A stretch of DNA of 64,000 nucleotides from assembly GCA_965237415.1 (NCBI GenBank), contig CBDEFM010000001.1, positions 416,001 through 480,000 on the forward strand. The letters run 5' to 3'. The translations under genes and the position numbers were made by a program. The notes below the pieces were generated by a model. It made no database searches and was not told the DNA's origin. It saw only the letters and a list, made by a program, of their open reading frames with translations. Shown in pieces: positions 30,905 through 41,414 of the stretch (position 1 is its first letter; every line of letters begins with the position of its first letter). The stretch comes from Alphaproteobacteria bacterium. GTDB lineage: Bacteria > Pseudomonadota > Alphaproteobacteria > UBA828.

Positions 30905-32599
30905 ATGACGCCGCAGGGCATGAGCTACGTGAGCGGCGCGAGCGAGCGGCCGCTGCTCGGCCTCACCATCGGCGCGCAGCTGGATCAGACGGCCGCGCGC
31001 TTCCCCGATAACGAGGCGCTGGTGGTCCGGTATCAGGACGTGCGCTGGAGCTACGGCACGCTCACGGAGAAGGTCGACGCATTCGCCGCAGGCCTGCTCG
31101 CGCTCGGGCTCGAGCCGGGCGACCGCATCGGCATCTGGTCGCCCAACAACAGCGAATGGGCGGTGACGCAGTTCGCCGCGGCGAAGGCCGGGCTGATCCT
31201 GGTCAACATCAATCCTGCCTACCGCCTCACCGAGCTCGAATACGCCCTCAACAAGGTCGAGTGCCGGGCGCTGGTCACCGCCGAATCGTTCAAGTCGAGC
31301 CGCTACATAGAGATGCTGCGCCAGCTCGCGCCGGAGCTCGACCGTGCCCGGCCCGGCGGGCTGAAGGCGGAGAAGCTGCCCCATCTCGAGACCGTCGTTC
31401 GCCTCGGCACCGAGACCACCGCCGGCATGTACAACTTCGACGAGGTGCCTGCCCTCGCGGGCGCTGCCGAACGCGACCGGCTGCACGTACTCGGCGGCCG
31501 GTTGCAGTTCGACGACCCGATCAACATCCAGTTCACCAGCGGCACCACGGGCTTCCCCAAGGGGGCGACGCTCAGCCACCACAACATCCTCAACAACGGC
31601 TACTTCAACGGCGTCACGCTGGGCTTGAGCGAGCGCGACCGGGTCTGCATCCCGGTGCCGCTCTATCACTGTTTCGGCATGGTCATGGGCAATCTGATGT
31701 CCGCCGCCTTCGGCGCGACCATGGTCTATCCCAGCGATGCCTTCGACCCGCTGGAGGTGCTCCGCACCGTCGAGGCCGAGCGCTGCACGGTGCTCTATGG
31801 TGTCCCCACCATGTTCATCGCCGAGCTCGACCATCCCGAGTTTGCGCGCTTCGATCTCTCCTCGCTGCGTACCGGCACGATGGCCGGCTCGCCCTGCCCC
31901 ATCGAGGTCATGCGCCGCGTGATCGGCGAGCTGCACATGGAAGAGGTGACCATCGCCTATGGCATGACCGAGACCAGCCCGGTGAGCTTCCAGTCGGCGA
32001 CGGACGATCCCATTGAACGCCGGGTCTCCACCGTGGGCCGCGTCCACCCCCACGTGGAGGTCAAGGTCGTCGATCAGGACGGCAAGGTCGTGCCGCGCGG
32101 CGAGACGGGCGAGCTGCTTACCCGCGGCTATTCGGTCATGCGCGGCTACTGGAACGACGAGGAGAAGACCCAGGAGGCGATCGACAAGGCGGGCTGGATG
32201 CACACCGGCGACCAGGCCACCATCGATGCGGACGGCTACTGCAATATCGTGGGCCGCATCAAGGACATGGTCATCCGCGGCGGCGAGAACGTCTATCCGC
32301 GCGAGATCGAGGAGTTCCTCTACCGCCACCCCAAGGTCCAGGACGTGCAGGTCATCGGCGTGCCGGACGAGAAGTACGGCGAGGAGCTCTGCGCCTGGAT
32401 CAAGCTGAGAGACGGCGAAGAGGCGAACGCGGACGAGATCAAGGCCTTCTGCAAGGACCAGATCGCCCACTTCAAGGTGCCCCGCTACGTGCGCTTCGTG
32501 GATGAGTTCCCGATGACCGTCACGGGCAAGATTCAGAAGTTCAAGATGCGCGAAACGATGATCGCGGAGCTCGCGCTCGCGGAGCAGAAGACCGCCTGA
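30905..32599 (+). CDS. AMP-binding acyl-CoA synthetase (ACSF2-like)
   Basis: [43 protein letters not shown]. Confidence 0.93.
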   Translation: MTPQGMSYVSGASERPLLGLTIGAQLDQTAARFPDNEALVVRYQDVRWSYGTLTEKVDAFAAGLLALGLEPGDRIGIWSPNNSEWAVTQFAAAKAGLILVNINPAYRLTELEYALNKVECRALVTAESFKSSRYIEMLRQLAPELDRARPGGLKAEKLPHLETVVRLGTETTAGMYNFDEVPALAGAAERDRLHVLGGRLQFDDPINIQFTSGTTGFPKGATLSHHNILNNGYFNGVTLGLSERDRVCIPVPLYHCFGMVMGNLMSAAFGATMVYPSDAFDPLEVLRTVEAERCTVLYGVPTMFIAELDHPEFARFDLSSLRTGTMAGSPCPIEVMRRVIGELHMEEVTIAYGMTETSPVSFQSATDDPIERRVSTVGRVHPHVEVKVVDQDGKVVPRGETGELLTRGYSVMRGYWNDEEKTQEAIDKAGWMHTGDQATIDADGYCNIVGRIKDMVIRGGENVYPREIEEFLYRHPKVQDVQVIGVPDEKYGEELCAWIKLRDGEEANADEIKAFCKDQIAHFKVPRYVRFVDEFPMTVTGKIQKFKMRETMIAELALAEQKTA

Positions 32600-32637
32600 G
32601 GCGAGCGCGCCAACCGCCCCCAACGACGGAGAATCCC

Positions 32638-33042
32638 ATGGCCAAGCTCACGCACATCAACCCGGACAACGTGCCGGACTATCTCACCTACGGCCTCAGC
32701 CACGCGGTCGTCGCCGAGGGCGGCAAGACCATCTATCTCTCGGGCCAGGTGGGCTGGAACGAGAAGAGCGAATCGGTAGGGCCGGACCTCGCCAGCCAGC
32801 TCGCCCAGGCGCACGAGAACATCCGCCGCGTGCTCGCCGCTGCCGGCGGGACGGTCGCGGACATCGTTCGCCTCAACACCTACGTCGCCAACTACCGGCC
32901 CGAGGAGGGCGAGGTGGTGAACGCCGCCAACAAGAAGCTCTTCGGCGACCATGTGCCGGCCTCGATGACGCTGATGGGCGTCCAGGCCCTCTATTCACCC
33001 GATGTCCGCTGCGAGGTCGAGGTGACCGCCGTCATCGGTTGA
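32638..33042 (+). CDS. RidA family protein
   Basis: IYLSGQVG, RCEVEVTAV. Confidence 0.85.
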   Translation: MAKLTHINPDNVPDYLTYGLSHAVVAEGGKTIYLSGQVGWNEKSESVGPDLASQLAQAHENIRRVLAAAGGTVADIVRLNTYVANYRPEEGEVVNAANKKLFGDHVPASMTLMGVQALYSPDVRCEVEVTAVIG

Positions 33043-33053
33043 CGCACAAAAGG

Positions 33054-33091
33054 ACAAGGGGCGCCGCCCGCGCTGGGCGACGCCCCCTTGT
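33054..33091. terminator. Hairpin between convergent genes, probable bidirectional terminator
   Basis: ACAAGGGGCG..GCCC / GGGCG..CGCCCCCTTGT inverted repeat. Confidence 0.6.
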
Positions 33092-33113
33092 GCTTGCCGG
33101 CGGGACCGCTCGC

Positions 33114-34640
33114 CTATGTCCGAAAGACGCCGAGGGTCTCGAAGGCGGCGGCGGCCTGGATAACGGTCGCATCGTCGTAGCGCTTGCCGATCAGCATCAT
33201 CCCGATGGGGGAGTCGTCTGCCTTGCCGCAGGGAACCGTCATGGCCGGATGGCCCGAGGCGTCGAACGGGCAGGTGTTGGCCAGCATGTTCAGCGCGACT
33301 TCGACATAGTGCTCGCGCGAGCAATCGGGCGCCGGCAGCTCGGTCGCGAGCATCGGCAGCGTTGGCATCGCGAGCACATCGTACTCAGCCAGCACCGCGT
33401 CATACGTCTCACGCAGCCTGCGGCTCAGGTTCTGCGCCTTGGCGTAGTAGCGGCCGTGGTAGTTCCGGTGCATGTACTCGCCCAGCATCATGACCGTCTT
33501 CACCGTCTCCGAGAGATCGTCCGGCCGCGAGCGCCAGCCCCTGGCATAGGCGTCGATCAGCGAGGTCGCGTAGTAGCCTTCCCAGTTGGTGCCGAAGCCG
33601 TTGCCCTTCAGCATCATCGCGGTCGCGCCCTCCACCGCGATGCCGTTCCAGATATGCTGCCCGTCGAGGTGCATGGGGATCGAGATCTCGTCCACCGTGG
33701 CGCCGAGCTCCGTGAACCGCTGGACAGCGGCCCTGACCGTGCTGTCGACTGCGTCCTCGCTCTCGGGATGGCCGAAGCCCTCCGTGACGACGCCGATCTT
33801 CATACCGTCTGCGCCCTTGTCGAGCGCGTTCACATAGCGCTGGGTCTTGGTGCCGATCTGGCGCGGGTCGTGGCCGTCGGGGCCGGCGATGACCTGGAGC
33901 AGGGTCGCCACGTCGCTCACCGAGCGCGCCATCGGGCCGGTGTGGTCGAGGGTCTGCTCGATGGGGAAGATCCCGGTGTAGGGAACCAGCCCATGCGTGG
34001 GCTTATGCCCGTATATGCCGCACCAGCATGCGGGCATGCGGATCGAGCCGCCCTGGTCGCCGCCGAGCGCCATGTCGGCCTCGCCGATGGCGACCAGCAC
34101 GCCGCTGCCGGCGGACGAGCCGCCGGAGGTGTAGCCCTTCTTGTGCGGGTTCTCGACCATGCCGGTGGCGGTGGTGGCGCTGCCGCCATCGAAGCAGAGG
34201 TAGGTGTTGGCGGCCTTGCCGATGATGGTGCCGCCGGCATCGAGAATCCGGGTCACCACGGTCGCGTCGATATCGGGCACATAGCCCTCGAGCACCGTGG
34301 CACCGTTCATCATCGGCACGCCGGCCAGGCAAATATTGTCCTTGAGAACGACCCGCTTGCCCTTGAGCGGCCCGCCTCCCCTGCCCTTGACCTCGGACTT
34401 CCAGTACCAGGCGTTGTAGGGGTTCTCTTCCGGCGGCGGCCGGTAGCCGGGGCTGCGCGGATACTTCACCGGAAGCTTCGGCTCATCGAGATCGTCGAGC
34501 CGGTGATAGGACGCGATCGTGCCCTCCATGAGGCCGCGATACGATTCCGCGTCCTCAACGGTGATCGTCATGCCGTAGCCTTCGGCGATATCCAGGACCT
34601 CTTCGATCGTCGGTGTGCGCACCGTCGGAAACTTGGCCAT
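33114..34640 (-). CDS. Amidase-signature amidase (type often linked to nitrile hydratase)
   Basis: ENPYNAWY, LKDNICLAGVPMMNG, SGGSSAGS, DQGGSIRMP. Confidence 0.92.
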   Translation of the reverse strand: MAKFPTVRTPTIEEVLDIAEGYGMTITVEDAESYRGLMEGTIASYHRLDDLDEPKLPVKYPRSPGYRPPPEENPYNAWYWKSEVKGRGGGPLKGKRVVLKDNICLAGVPMMNGATVLEGYVPDIDATVVTRILDAGGTIIGKAANTYLCFDGGSATTATGMVENPHKKGYTSGGSSAGSGVLVAIGEADMALGGDQGGSIRMPACWCGIYGHKPTHGLVPYTGIFPIEQTLDHTGPMARSVSDVATLLQVIAGPDGHDPRQIGTKTQRYVNALDKGADGMKIGVVTEGFGHPESEDAVDSTVRAAVQRFTELGATVDEISIPMHLDGQHIWNGIAVEGATAMMLKGNGFGTNWEGYYATSLIDAYARGWRSRPDDLSETVKTVMMLGEYMHRNYHGRYYAKAQNLSRRLRETYDAVLAEYDVLAMPTLPMLATELPAPDCSREHYVEVALNMLANTCPFDASGHPAMTVPCGKADDSPIGMMLIGKRYDDATVIQAAAAFETLGVFRT

Positions 34641-34796
34641 CCGTTCTCCTCCCGTCTCTTGCCGCGCCGACGGCGAGCGCCGCCGTCCCTGCCGGAGCGA
34701 CACATATACCGAACGCGCGCCCACCCGAACAGGGCAGCCGCGCCCGCGTGTGGCCGGTGGCGGCAATCGGGCAACGGCGCGCGCTTTACAGGCGCC

Positions 34797-34828
34797 ATGC
34801 TGCACTGCACAATCGGCCGCACTGCAGC
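34797..34828 (+). promoter_or_regulatory. Putative PhaR-type TGC-rich operator
   Basis: ATGCTGCACTGCACAAT plus GCACTGCAGC just upstream of a MaoC/PhaJ gene. Confidence 0.5.
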
Positions 34829-34849
34829 GCCGAATGAGGGAATTCGATC

Positions 34850-35314
34850 ATGGAGCAGGCGGCCGTCGCGGCCCCGGGCGATGCCCGGCCCGGTTACTAT
34901 TTCGAGGATCTGGCGATCGGCATGAGCGCCGATTTCCGCCGCGTTATCGGCGATGAGGAGATGCGCCTCTTCGCCGATCTCACCGGCGACACCAACCCGC
35001 TCCACTTCGACGACGACTTTGCCGAACGCTCGCGCTTCGGCGGGCGAATCGTGCACGGCATGTGCACCGCAGCATTGATCTCGACGGTCATCGGCACCCG
35101 CCTGCCGGGGCCGGGGTGCATCTACTTGTCCCAGACGCTCCGCTTCACGGCGCCGGTCAGGCCCGGCGACGAGATTGTGGCGCGGGCGGTGGTGGATCGT
35201 CTCATTCCGGAGCGCCGGCGCGTCGAGTTCGAAACCACGTGCTCAGTCGGCGACCAGATCGTGCTCGCCGGCCGCGCGCTCGCCCAGGTCCCCTCCTGCG
35301 CCGGACCGGCTTAG
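34850..35314 (+). CDS. MaoC-family (R)-enoyl-CoA hydratase (PhaJ-like)
   Basis: FADLTGDTNPLHFD, RIVHGM, LPGPGCIYLSQTLRF. Confidence 0.9.
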   Translation: MEQAAVAAPGDARPGYYFEDLAIGMSADFRRVIGDEEMRLFADLTGDTNPLHFDDDFAERSRFGGRIVHGMCTAALISTVIGTRLPGPGCIYLSQTLRFTAPVRPGDEIVARAVVDRLIPERRRVEFETTCSVGDQIVLAGRALAQVPSCAGPA

Positions 35315-37551
35315 CGGGCGGCTTGAGGGCTGTGATCGCTCGAATCCTTGAGCCCTCGCGCCCCAGGAACCCGGAAACCACCTCGCCGCCGCCGGTTATG
35401 ATTCAGACAGATAGGATCGCGCCCTAGAACCGCGCGATGGCCCGCAGCATGGTCCTGTGGTCGGCCGGCGCTGCGGGGCGCTCGCGGCGTTCGGTCTCGA
35501 GGCTCAGAAGCGCGGACGATCCCAGCGAGAACCGCATGCCCAAGCGGTAAGCGCGCGCATCGGAGTTTTCCAGACTCACCGCGCCGTAGGGCGCCAACGC
35601 GGCGCGGCCGCCGAACGCCGGGAAGCCGTAGCCGACCTCCAAATCCAGACGCCTCTCCGACGAGTCATGCACGGCCAGGCGGTTCGTGCCGTCGCTCCAT
35701 AACCGATGCACGCTGCTTGTCGGCTCGCCCCAGGTTTGTGCCAGGCTCACCCATGGGCCGAAGCCAGGCGCCTCTGGATGGTAACGGAACCGCAGGCCGA
35801 ACCCCTGCTCCTGCGCCAGCGCGTCGTCGCGCGCGGCAAGCCAGCGACCATAGATCTCCGCGTTCCACCCCTGCTCGATGTTCCGGTAGTGCAGGCCGCC
35901 ACCGAGTTCCAGGCTGGAGCCGGTCGCGCCATCGCCACCCTCGTGGCGCAGGCCCAACTCCCCCCAGGGGGCGAGCACGCCGACGTCGGGAATGACGTGC
36001 TCGTATTCAACCTCGGCCGCAAGCCGCAGTCGCTGCAGGTTCGCCGATGCACCCTGGAACAACCCTGTGCCTTTTGAAACGTCCAGCTGCGCCAGTGACC
36101 CCTCGCCCTTGAGCCTGAGCGTCGTCGCGCCATGAGTCAGCAGCCGGCCGTTGATGCCCACTGTGGCCGAGGCCAAGGTTGCCGCACTCGTGGCGGAAGA
36201 ACCCGCGGCGTCGTCAACAACCTGGAGCTCCCCGCCGGCAAGACCGAAAGTTCCCCAGATTTCCAGGTCGGGCGATACCCACCAGCCCAGATAGGGGTGA
36301 ATCCCGGTCAGCCCCAGATCATAGCGGCCGCCGGCGGGACCGCTCCCGCCCGGCCCGTCGAAGTCGAGCGAGCCTCGCGATTGGGTCAGAGACACCCCCG
36401 CAAGCAAGTTGCGGTCGACGATCGCGTCGGCGCCCACCTGCATGCTGAACGCTTCGCCGTCCCAGGCGCCTGCGTCACCCCCACCGTCGCCAGCCAAACT
36501 GCGGTAGTCGCCGCAGCCCCACGTCGAGAATTGGATCGTGCCGCCGTTCCCGCCCATCAGCGGAAGCAGAAACGACGTGTTGGCGAGTATGTCCTCCAAC
36601 GCCAGCGACTCGCCATCCCCATCGGCCAACCCGCTGGGGATCGGTACGACAGACAGTGACGGGCTGACGGCGGGCCTTGCCCAACCGCGGGCCATGTCCG
36701 AGAACGCCTGCTCGATCCGGCAGCGGACGGCGGTGAATGCCAGCGCTCGCCCGATCTCGGGAAGGAGCTCCTGGTTGATCGGCGCGAGGGGCCTTATGTC
36801 ATCGTCGGCGATCGTCCCCGTAGCGGTGCCATCCTGTATCGTCGCGCCGCTCGGGTTGCTCAGCGCCACCAGGAATGTCTCGTCCGGCTCGTCGAGGTCG
36901 TCCTCGCGCGTCGGCACCGCGATGCTCTGACGTGTGTTGCCGGGCGTGAAGGTGAGCGTGCCCGATGCGCCGTCGAAGTCGCGGCCCGCGACTGCCGTTC
37001 CGCTGGCTGTCCGGTACCTGACCGTCACGGTCTGCTCGCTGGCCGGGCTTAGCCTTACCGTGAATTGCGCCGTCCCTCCCTCGACCACCGTCGTATCAAC
37101 AATGGAAAGCTTGGGCTGCGGCACAGACTCGTCGTACTCGATGATCGTGCCCGTCCCACTCCCGTCCTGCAGGGTCGCGCCGGTCGGATTGCTCAGCTCC
37201 GCCGTAAACGTTTCGTTCGGGTCGTCGACGTCGTCCTCGTGCGTCCATACGAGGATGGTTTGCTCTGTGTCGCCGGGCACGAAGGTGAGCGTGCGCGACA
37301 CCCCGCGGTAGTCTGTGCCCTCGTCCGCCGTCCCGTCCTTTGTCCGGTACCGCACCGTCACGGTCTGATCGCTTGCAGGGCTTAGCGTCACCACGAAGCG
37401 CGCGGTATCTCCCTCTTCCACCGTCGTGTCATCGATGGAAATCTTCGGGAGGCCGGGGTCCCCAACATCGCGCAGCTCATCCTCGTCCTCGCCCCCGTTG
37501 TTGAGGTCGGTCCCGTCGTCAATGTTGGTATTGTGGTTGTTGCCGCCGGTA

Positions 37552-37599
<48 letters not shown>

Positions 37600-38511
37600 T
37601 CGTCGGTAATCGTCCCCGTTGCGGAGCCATTCCCCACGGTCGCGCGGATAGGGCTGCTCAAGATTACCAGGAACGTCTCATCGCTCTCTTCGAGCGTGTC
37701 CTGGAGAGTCCGCACCGAGAAAGTTCCATTTGGATTGCCGGCCAGGATCGTGAGAGTGTCGGACGCAAGGGTGTAGTCCGCGCCCACGGTTGCCGTTCCG
37801 TCTGACGTCGCGAAATTCACCATAATGTCTTCGGTGCTGACCATGCTGAGCATCACGGTGAATGCGGCCAGCTCTCCCTCAGCAACCGACACGTCCTGGA
37901 TGGAAAGCGTCGGAAGAACCTCATCGATGATTGTCGCTGTTGCAGTGCGGCGCCGCACCGTGGCGTCGTTCTCGCCACTCAGACTCACCGTGAACATCTC
38001 GCCATCGTCAGCGATAGTGTCCTTGATAGTCGGTACCGTGAAGGTCTTAACTGGCACGCCGGGTGAGAAGGTGAGGCTGTCGGACGTAAAAGTGTAGTCT
38101 GCGGGCTTCTTGGCCGATCCGTCCTCCGTCTCGTAGTCCACGGTGACGGTCTTCCCGCTCGCCGGGGTTAGCCTCACCGTGAATTGCGCCGGATTTCCCT
38201 CCCCCACCGTCGTGTCTTCGATGGAGAGCGTCGGCGGATCGTCGTCGTCGTTAATCGTCCCCGTCGCGGTGTGATCGACCAGCCTCGCATCGCTCGGGTT
38301 GCTCAGACTCACCGTGAACATCTCATCCGGCTCGTCGATAAGGTCCTCGCGGGTCTGCACCTGGAATGTCTGCTGTGTGGTGCCGGGCGTGAAGGTCAGA
38401 GTGTCGGTCTTAGCGGTGTAGTCCGAGCCATCTTTCGCCGTTCCGTCCGCCGTCGCATAGCTCACGGTCACGGGCTTCCCGCTTGCCGGGTTCAGGCTCA
38501 CATTGAACGTT

Positions 38512-38588
38512 ACTAGGCCTAAAGACCTTAGTGTGACGACACTGCCAATTGAAAATGATCTCAACTTCAGTGTCAGGTGACTAGGCCT
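38512..38588. mobile_element. 59-bp AT-rich hairpin insertion flanked by a 9-bp duplication (IS footprint/mini-element)
   Basis: ACTAGGCCT at 38512-38520 and 38580-38588; internal GACACTG/CAGTGTC inverted repeat. Confidence 0.7.
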
Positions 38589-39878
38589 CCTTCGGCTGCA
38601 TCCGCATCCATGATGGAGAGTTCGGGCAGCTCATCGTTGTCGGTAATCGTCCCCGTCGCGGTGGCGTCCGCCAGCGTTGCGCGGCTGGGGTTGCTCAGGG
38701 TTACCGCGAACCTCTCCTCGGCCGGCTCATCTGCGTCGTCATCTCGGGTCGTAATTTGGATGGTCTTCGTTCTTTCGCGGGCCAAGAACGTGAGGGTTCC
38801 AGACTTAGCTGTGTAGTCCTTGTCCGTGCCCGCTTCCGCCGTTCCGTCCGACGTCGCGTAACTCACTGTCACGGTCTCGTCGCTCGCCTCGCTCAGCTCC
38901 ACGACGAAATTTGCTTCGTTGCCCTCATTTACTGTCGCGTCTTTGATGGTCAGGCTCGGCAGGTCGCCGTCTTCGATGATTTCGACACCCACCGGGCTCA
39001 CGCCGTGTACTGGACAATAGGTGTCGTTAGACCACACTTCGTGGGAGAACGTCACTGACTCGCCGTCATCCGGGGCCCTTATGCTGACCTCTCGCCACTG
39101 GTCCCAATTGTCCTGATTGAACTCCCAGCCTACCGAGGGCACCCAACTGAAGCCCTTGTACTCGCCATCGTAGCGGACCACGCCGTCGACACGTATCCTG
39201 ACCCACCATCCACTCGCATCACACCGATCGTCTAAGCTTGGATCACAGACGAGGTTCCCGTCACGGTCGAGGTTGACCGGCTGCTTGGTCAATCTCAGAC
39301 GGTACGTCGTGGGTTTGCCCGGCTCGATCGTCAACGTGCTCGGCGACACCTCCACCGTCCCACCCCAATCATAGGGCTCCTGGCTCTGGGCGTGGTGCTG
39401 AGGCCCGACGAGGGTGGAGAGAAGAGCCGACAGCGCGATGACGACGGCGAAGACGACGAGACCCGGCCAGCGGAGGCAGAAACGCCCCAACCAGGGGGCC
39501 GCCCCCAGCACGGGCCGGCGAACGGATTCAGGCACCGAAGGCACCGGGAAAATGCCGGCGTTCGTGGAGAAGAGCGTTCACGAATGCATCCGTTGAGACT
39601 CGAGTCGCATCTATTATATCATCAGCCCTCCTATATATAGTGTATGCGAAGAGTAGTGGTGTATATACCCAGATGCACATACTCTATCGGGGACGGTTAC
39701 TGCGACCTGTACCCCCGACACAGTGGCCACACATTGGCCGGTCGCAGCGGACCACCGCGCGCTGCCCCACTCATGTGCTCACCCTCGCAGACAGCAAACG
39801 ATTGCACTACGCTGAGGCACCATCAGAACCCCGCACAGCCGCCTCCGCTGAAAGGCGCCGGCGAGGACTCGACCATTC

Positions 39879-40625
39879 ATGCCATCCAAAAGACGTCATG
39901 AGGCCCGTCGACCTGCGGGCTCGCCAAATGACAGTAAAGCGGGCACCGCGCAAAACCTGAACGATACCGCCTACGCGAGGATCAAGGACGACATCATCTC
40001 CTGCGCCTTGCAACCTGGAGAGGAAGTCTCGGAGGGCTTGCTCGTCGCGCGCTACGGCATGAGCAAGGCACCGATCCGCAGCGCCATGATGCGGCTGCGC
40101 CAGGAGGGATTAATCGTTTCACGCGGGAGGCAGGGGAACGCGGTCTCCCCGGTCACGCTGCGCGACATCCAGGAGATATTCCAGCTTCGCCTCGTGCTCG
40201 AGGTCACTGCCGTCAGGCTCGCCGCCGGCAAGGTGGATGCGGCGCGGCTGCGCTCGCTGAATGACGCCGCCCACGCGACCTACCCGGCGGGCAACGAGGC
40301 CGGCCAGGCGGCATATCTGCGGGCGAACCGCGCGTTCCACCGCTATGTCGCGGAGTCCACCGGCAACCAGCGCCTGGTCACCCTGGTTGTGGGCCTCATG
40401 GAGCAGCATGAGCGCATCGTGCACCTTGGCCTCGCGATGCAGAGACGGGAGCACGAGTTCCATCACTTTCACGACGATCTGGTTACGGCGCTGATCGAAG
40501 GCGACGGCGAGCGGGCCGCACAACTGACCGAGAGGGCGCTGCGCGGCAGCCAGAGGAAGGTGATGGAAGCGCTGACGGACTCGACGGCGCAGATCCCGCT
40601 CGGGCCTGTGGACCTCAGCTCTTAG
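39879..40625 (+). CDS. GntR family regulator with FCD domain
   Basis: AYARIKDDIISCALQPG, SKAPIRSAM, NRAFH, TGNQRL. Confidence 0.92.
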   Translation: MPSKRRHEARRPAGSPNDSKAGTAQNLNDTAYARIKDDIISCALQPGEEVSEGLLVARYGMSKAPIRSAMMRLRQEGLIVSRGRQGNAVSPVTLRDIQEIFQLRLVLEVTAVRLAAGKVDAARLRSLNDAAHATYPAGNEAGQAAYLRANRAFHRYVAESTGNQRLVTLVVGLMEQHERIVHLGLAMQRREHEFHHFHDDLVTALIEGDGERAAQLTERALRGSQRKVMEALTDSTAQIPLGPVDLSS

Positions 40626-40784
40626 CGAGCGTCCCTAGTTGCGTCGGCCGGCCCGCCGGCGCGACAACCTTCGCCCTTCCTGAGTAGAGCACACCCGAGA
40701 CGAGGGACGACCCGGCCCGCGCCTGTCCTCTCGCGCCGACATCGGCCGCCGGGCAGCGCAGCAAAAAGTTCGCCAAACAGGCGG

Positions 40785-40816
40785 GTTGACATGTCAGATA
40801 ACATGTTATAATTATC
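40785..40816 (+). promoter_or_regulatory. Promoter/operator: TTGACA and TATAAT with overlapping palindromes, Zur-box-like
   Basis: TTGACA 40786-40791, TATAAT 40807-40812; TGACATGTCA and ATAACATGTTAT palindromes; ATGTTATAAT resembles a Zur half-site. Confidence 0.5.
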
Positions 40817-40820
40817 CTCC

Positions 40821-41411
40821 ATGGCGGCGGTCCTCAGGCTATGGGCGCTGGTTGTCGCCCTGACCGTGTCGCTGGCGCCGGCTGAGGCGCGCGCCAATCC
40901 GGACGTGTGGGCCGAGGCCACGATCACTGTCGCGTTCGACGATCAGCGGGTCAGCGGATTGGAATTTTCGTGGATATTCGACGACTTCTACAGCGCCCGC
41001 AGCGTCCAAACCTACGATCTGGATCGGGACGGGGCGCTCAATCCTCTCGAGGTCAAGAATTTGCGCGCCGAGACGTTCGATCCTCTCTCACCGGCCGACT
41101 ATTTCGTTCACATCTGGTCGGGGGACGAAAAACGCCAAGGTCACGACGTGGATCGCTTTGCGGCGCGAATCGAAGAAACGAAGCTCATCTACGAGTTTTC
41201 CGTGGCGCTTACCCCGCCGCTCGATCCAAAGGAAGCGCCCGTAACCGTCAGCCTGTTCGATCGGGACAACGTTGTGGATTTCAACTTCTCCGATTCGGCC
41301 TTTCTGCTGGTTAGCGGCGAGATGACGGCAGGATGCAAATTTAGCGTCGCGCGCGGCAAGGGGGCGCAATCCGGTCATCCCCAACCCGTTACGCTTGCCT
41401 GTGAGGGATAG
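40821..41411 (+). CDS. DUF1007 (ZevA-like) periplasmic protein
   Basis: Signal peptide; W.FDDFYS; EF-hand-like DLDRDGALNPLE; precedes a HoxN-like transporter. Confidence 0.75.
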   Translation: MAAVLRLWALVVALTVSLAPAEARANPDVWAEATITVAFDDQRVSGLEFSWIFDDFYSARSVQTYDLDRDGALNPLEVKNLRAETFDPLSPADYFVHIWSGDEKRQGHDVDRFAARIEETKLIYEFSVALTPPLDPKEAPVTVSLFDRDNVVDFNFSDSAFLLVSGEMTAGCKFSVARGKGAQSGHPQPVTLACEG

Positions 41412-41414
41412 GCG

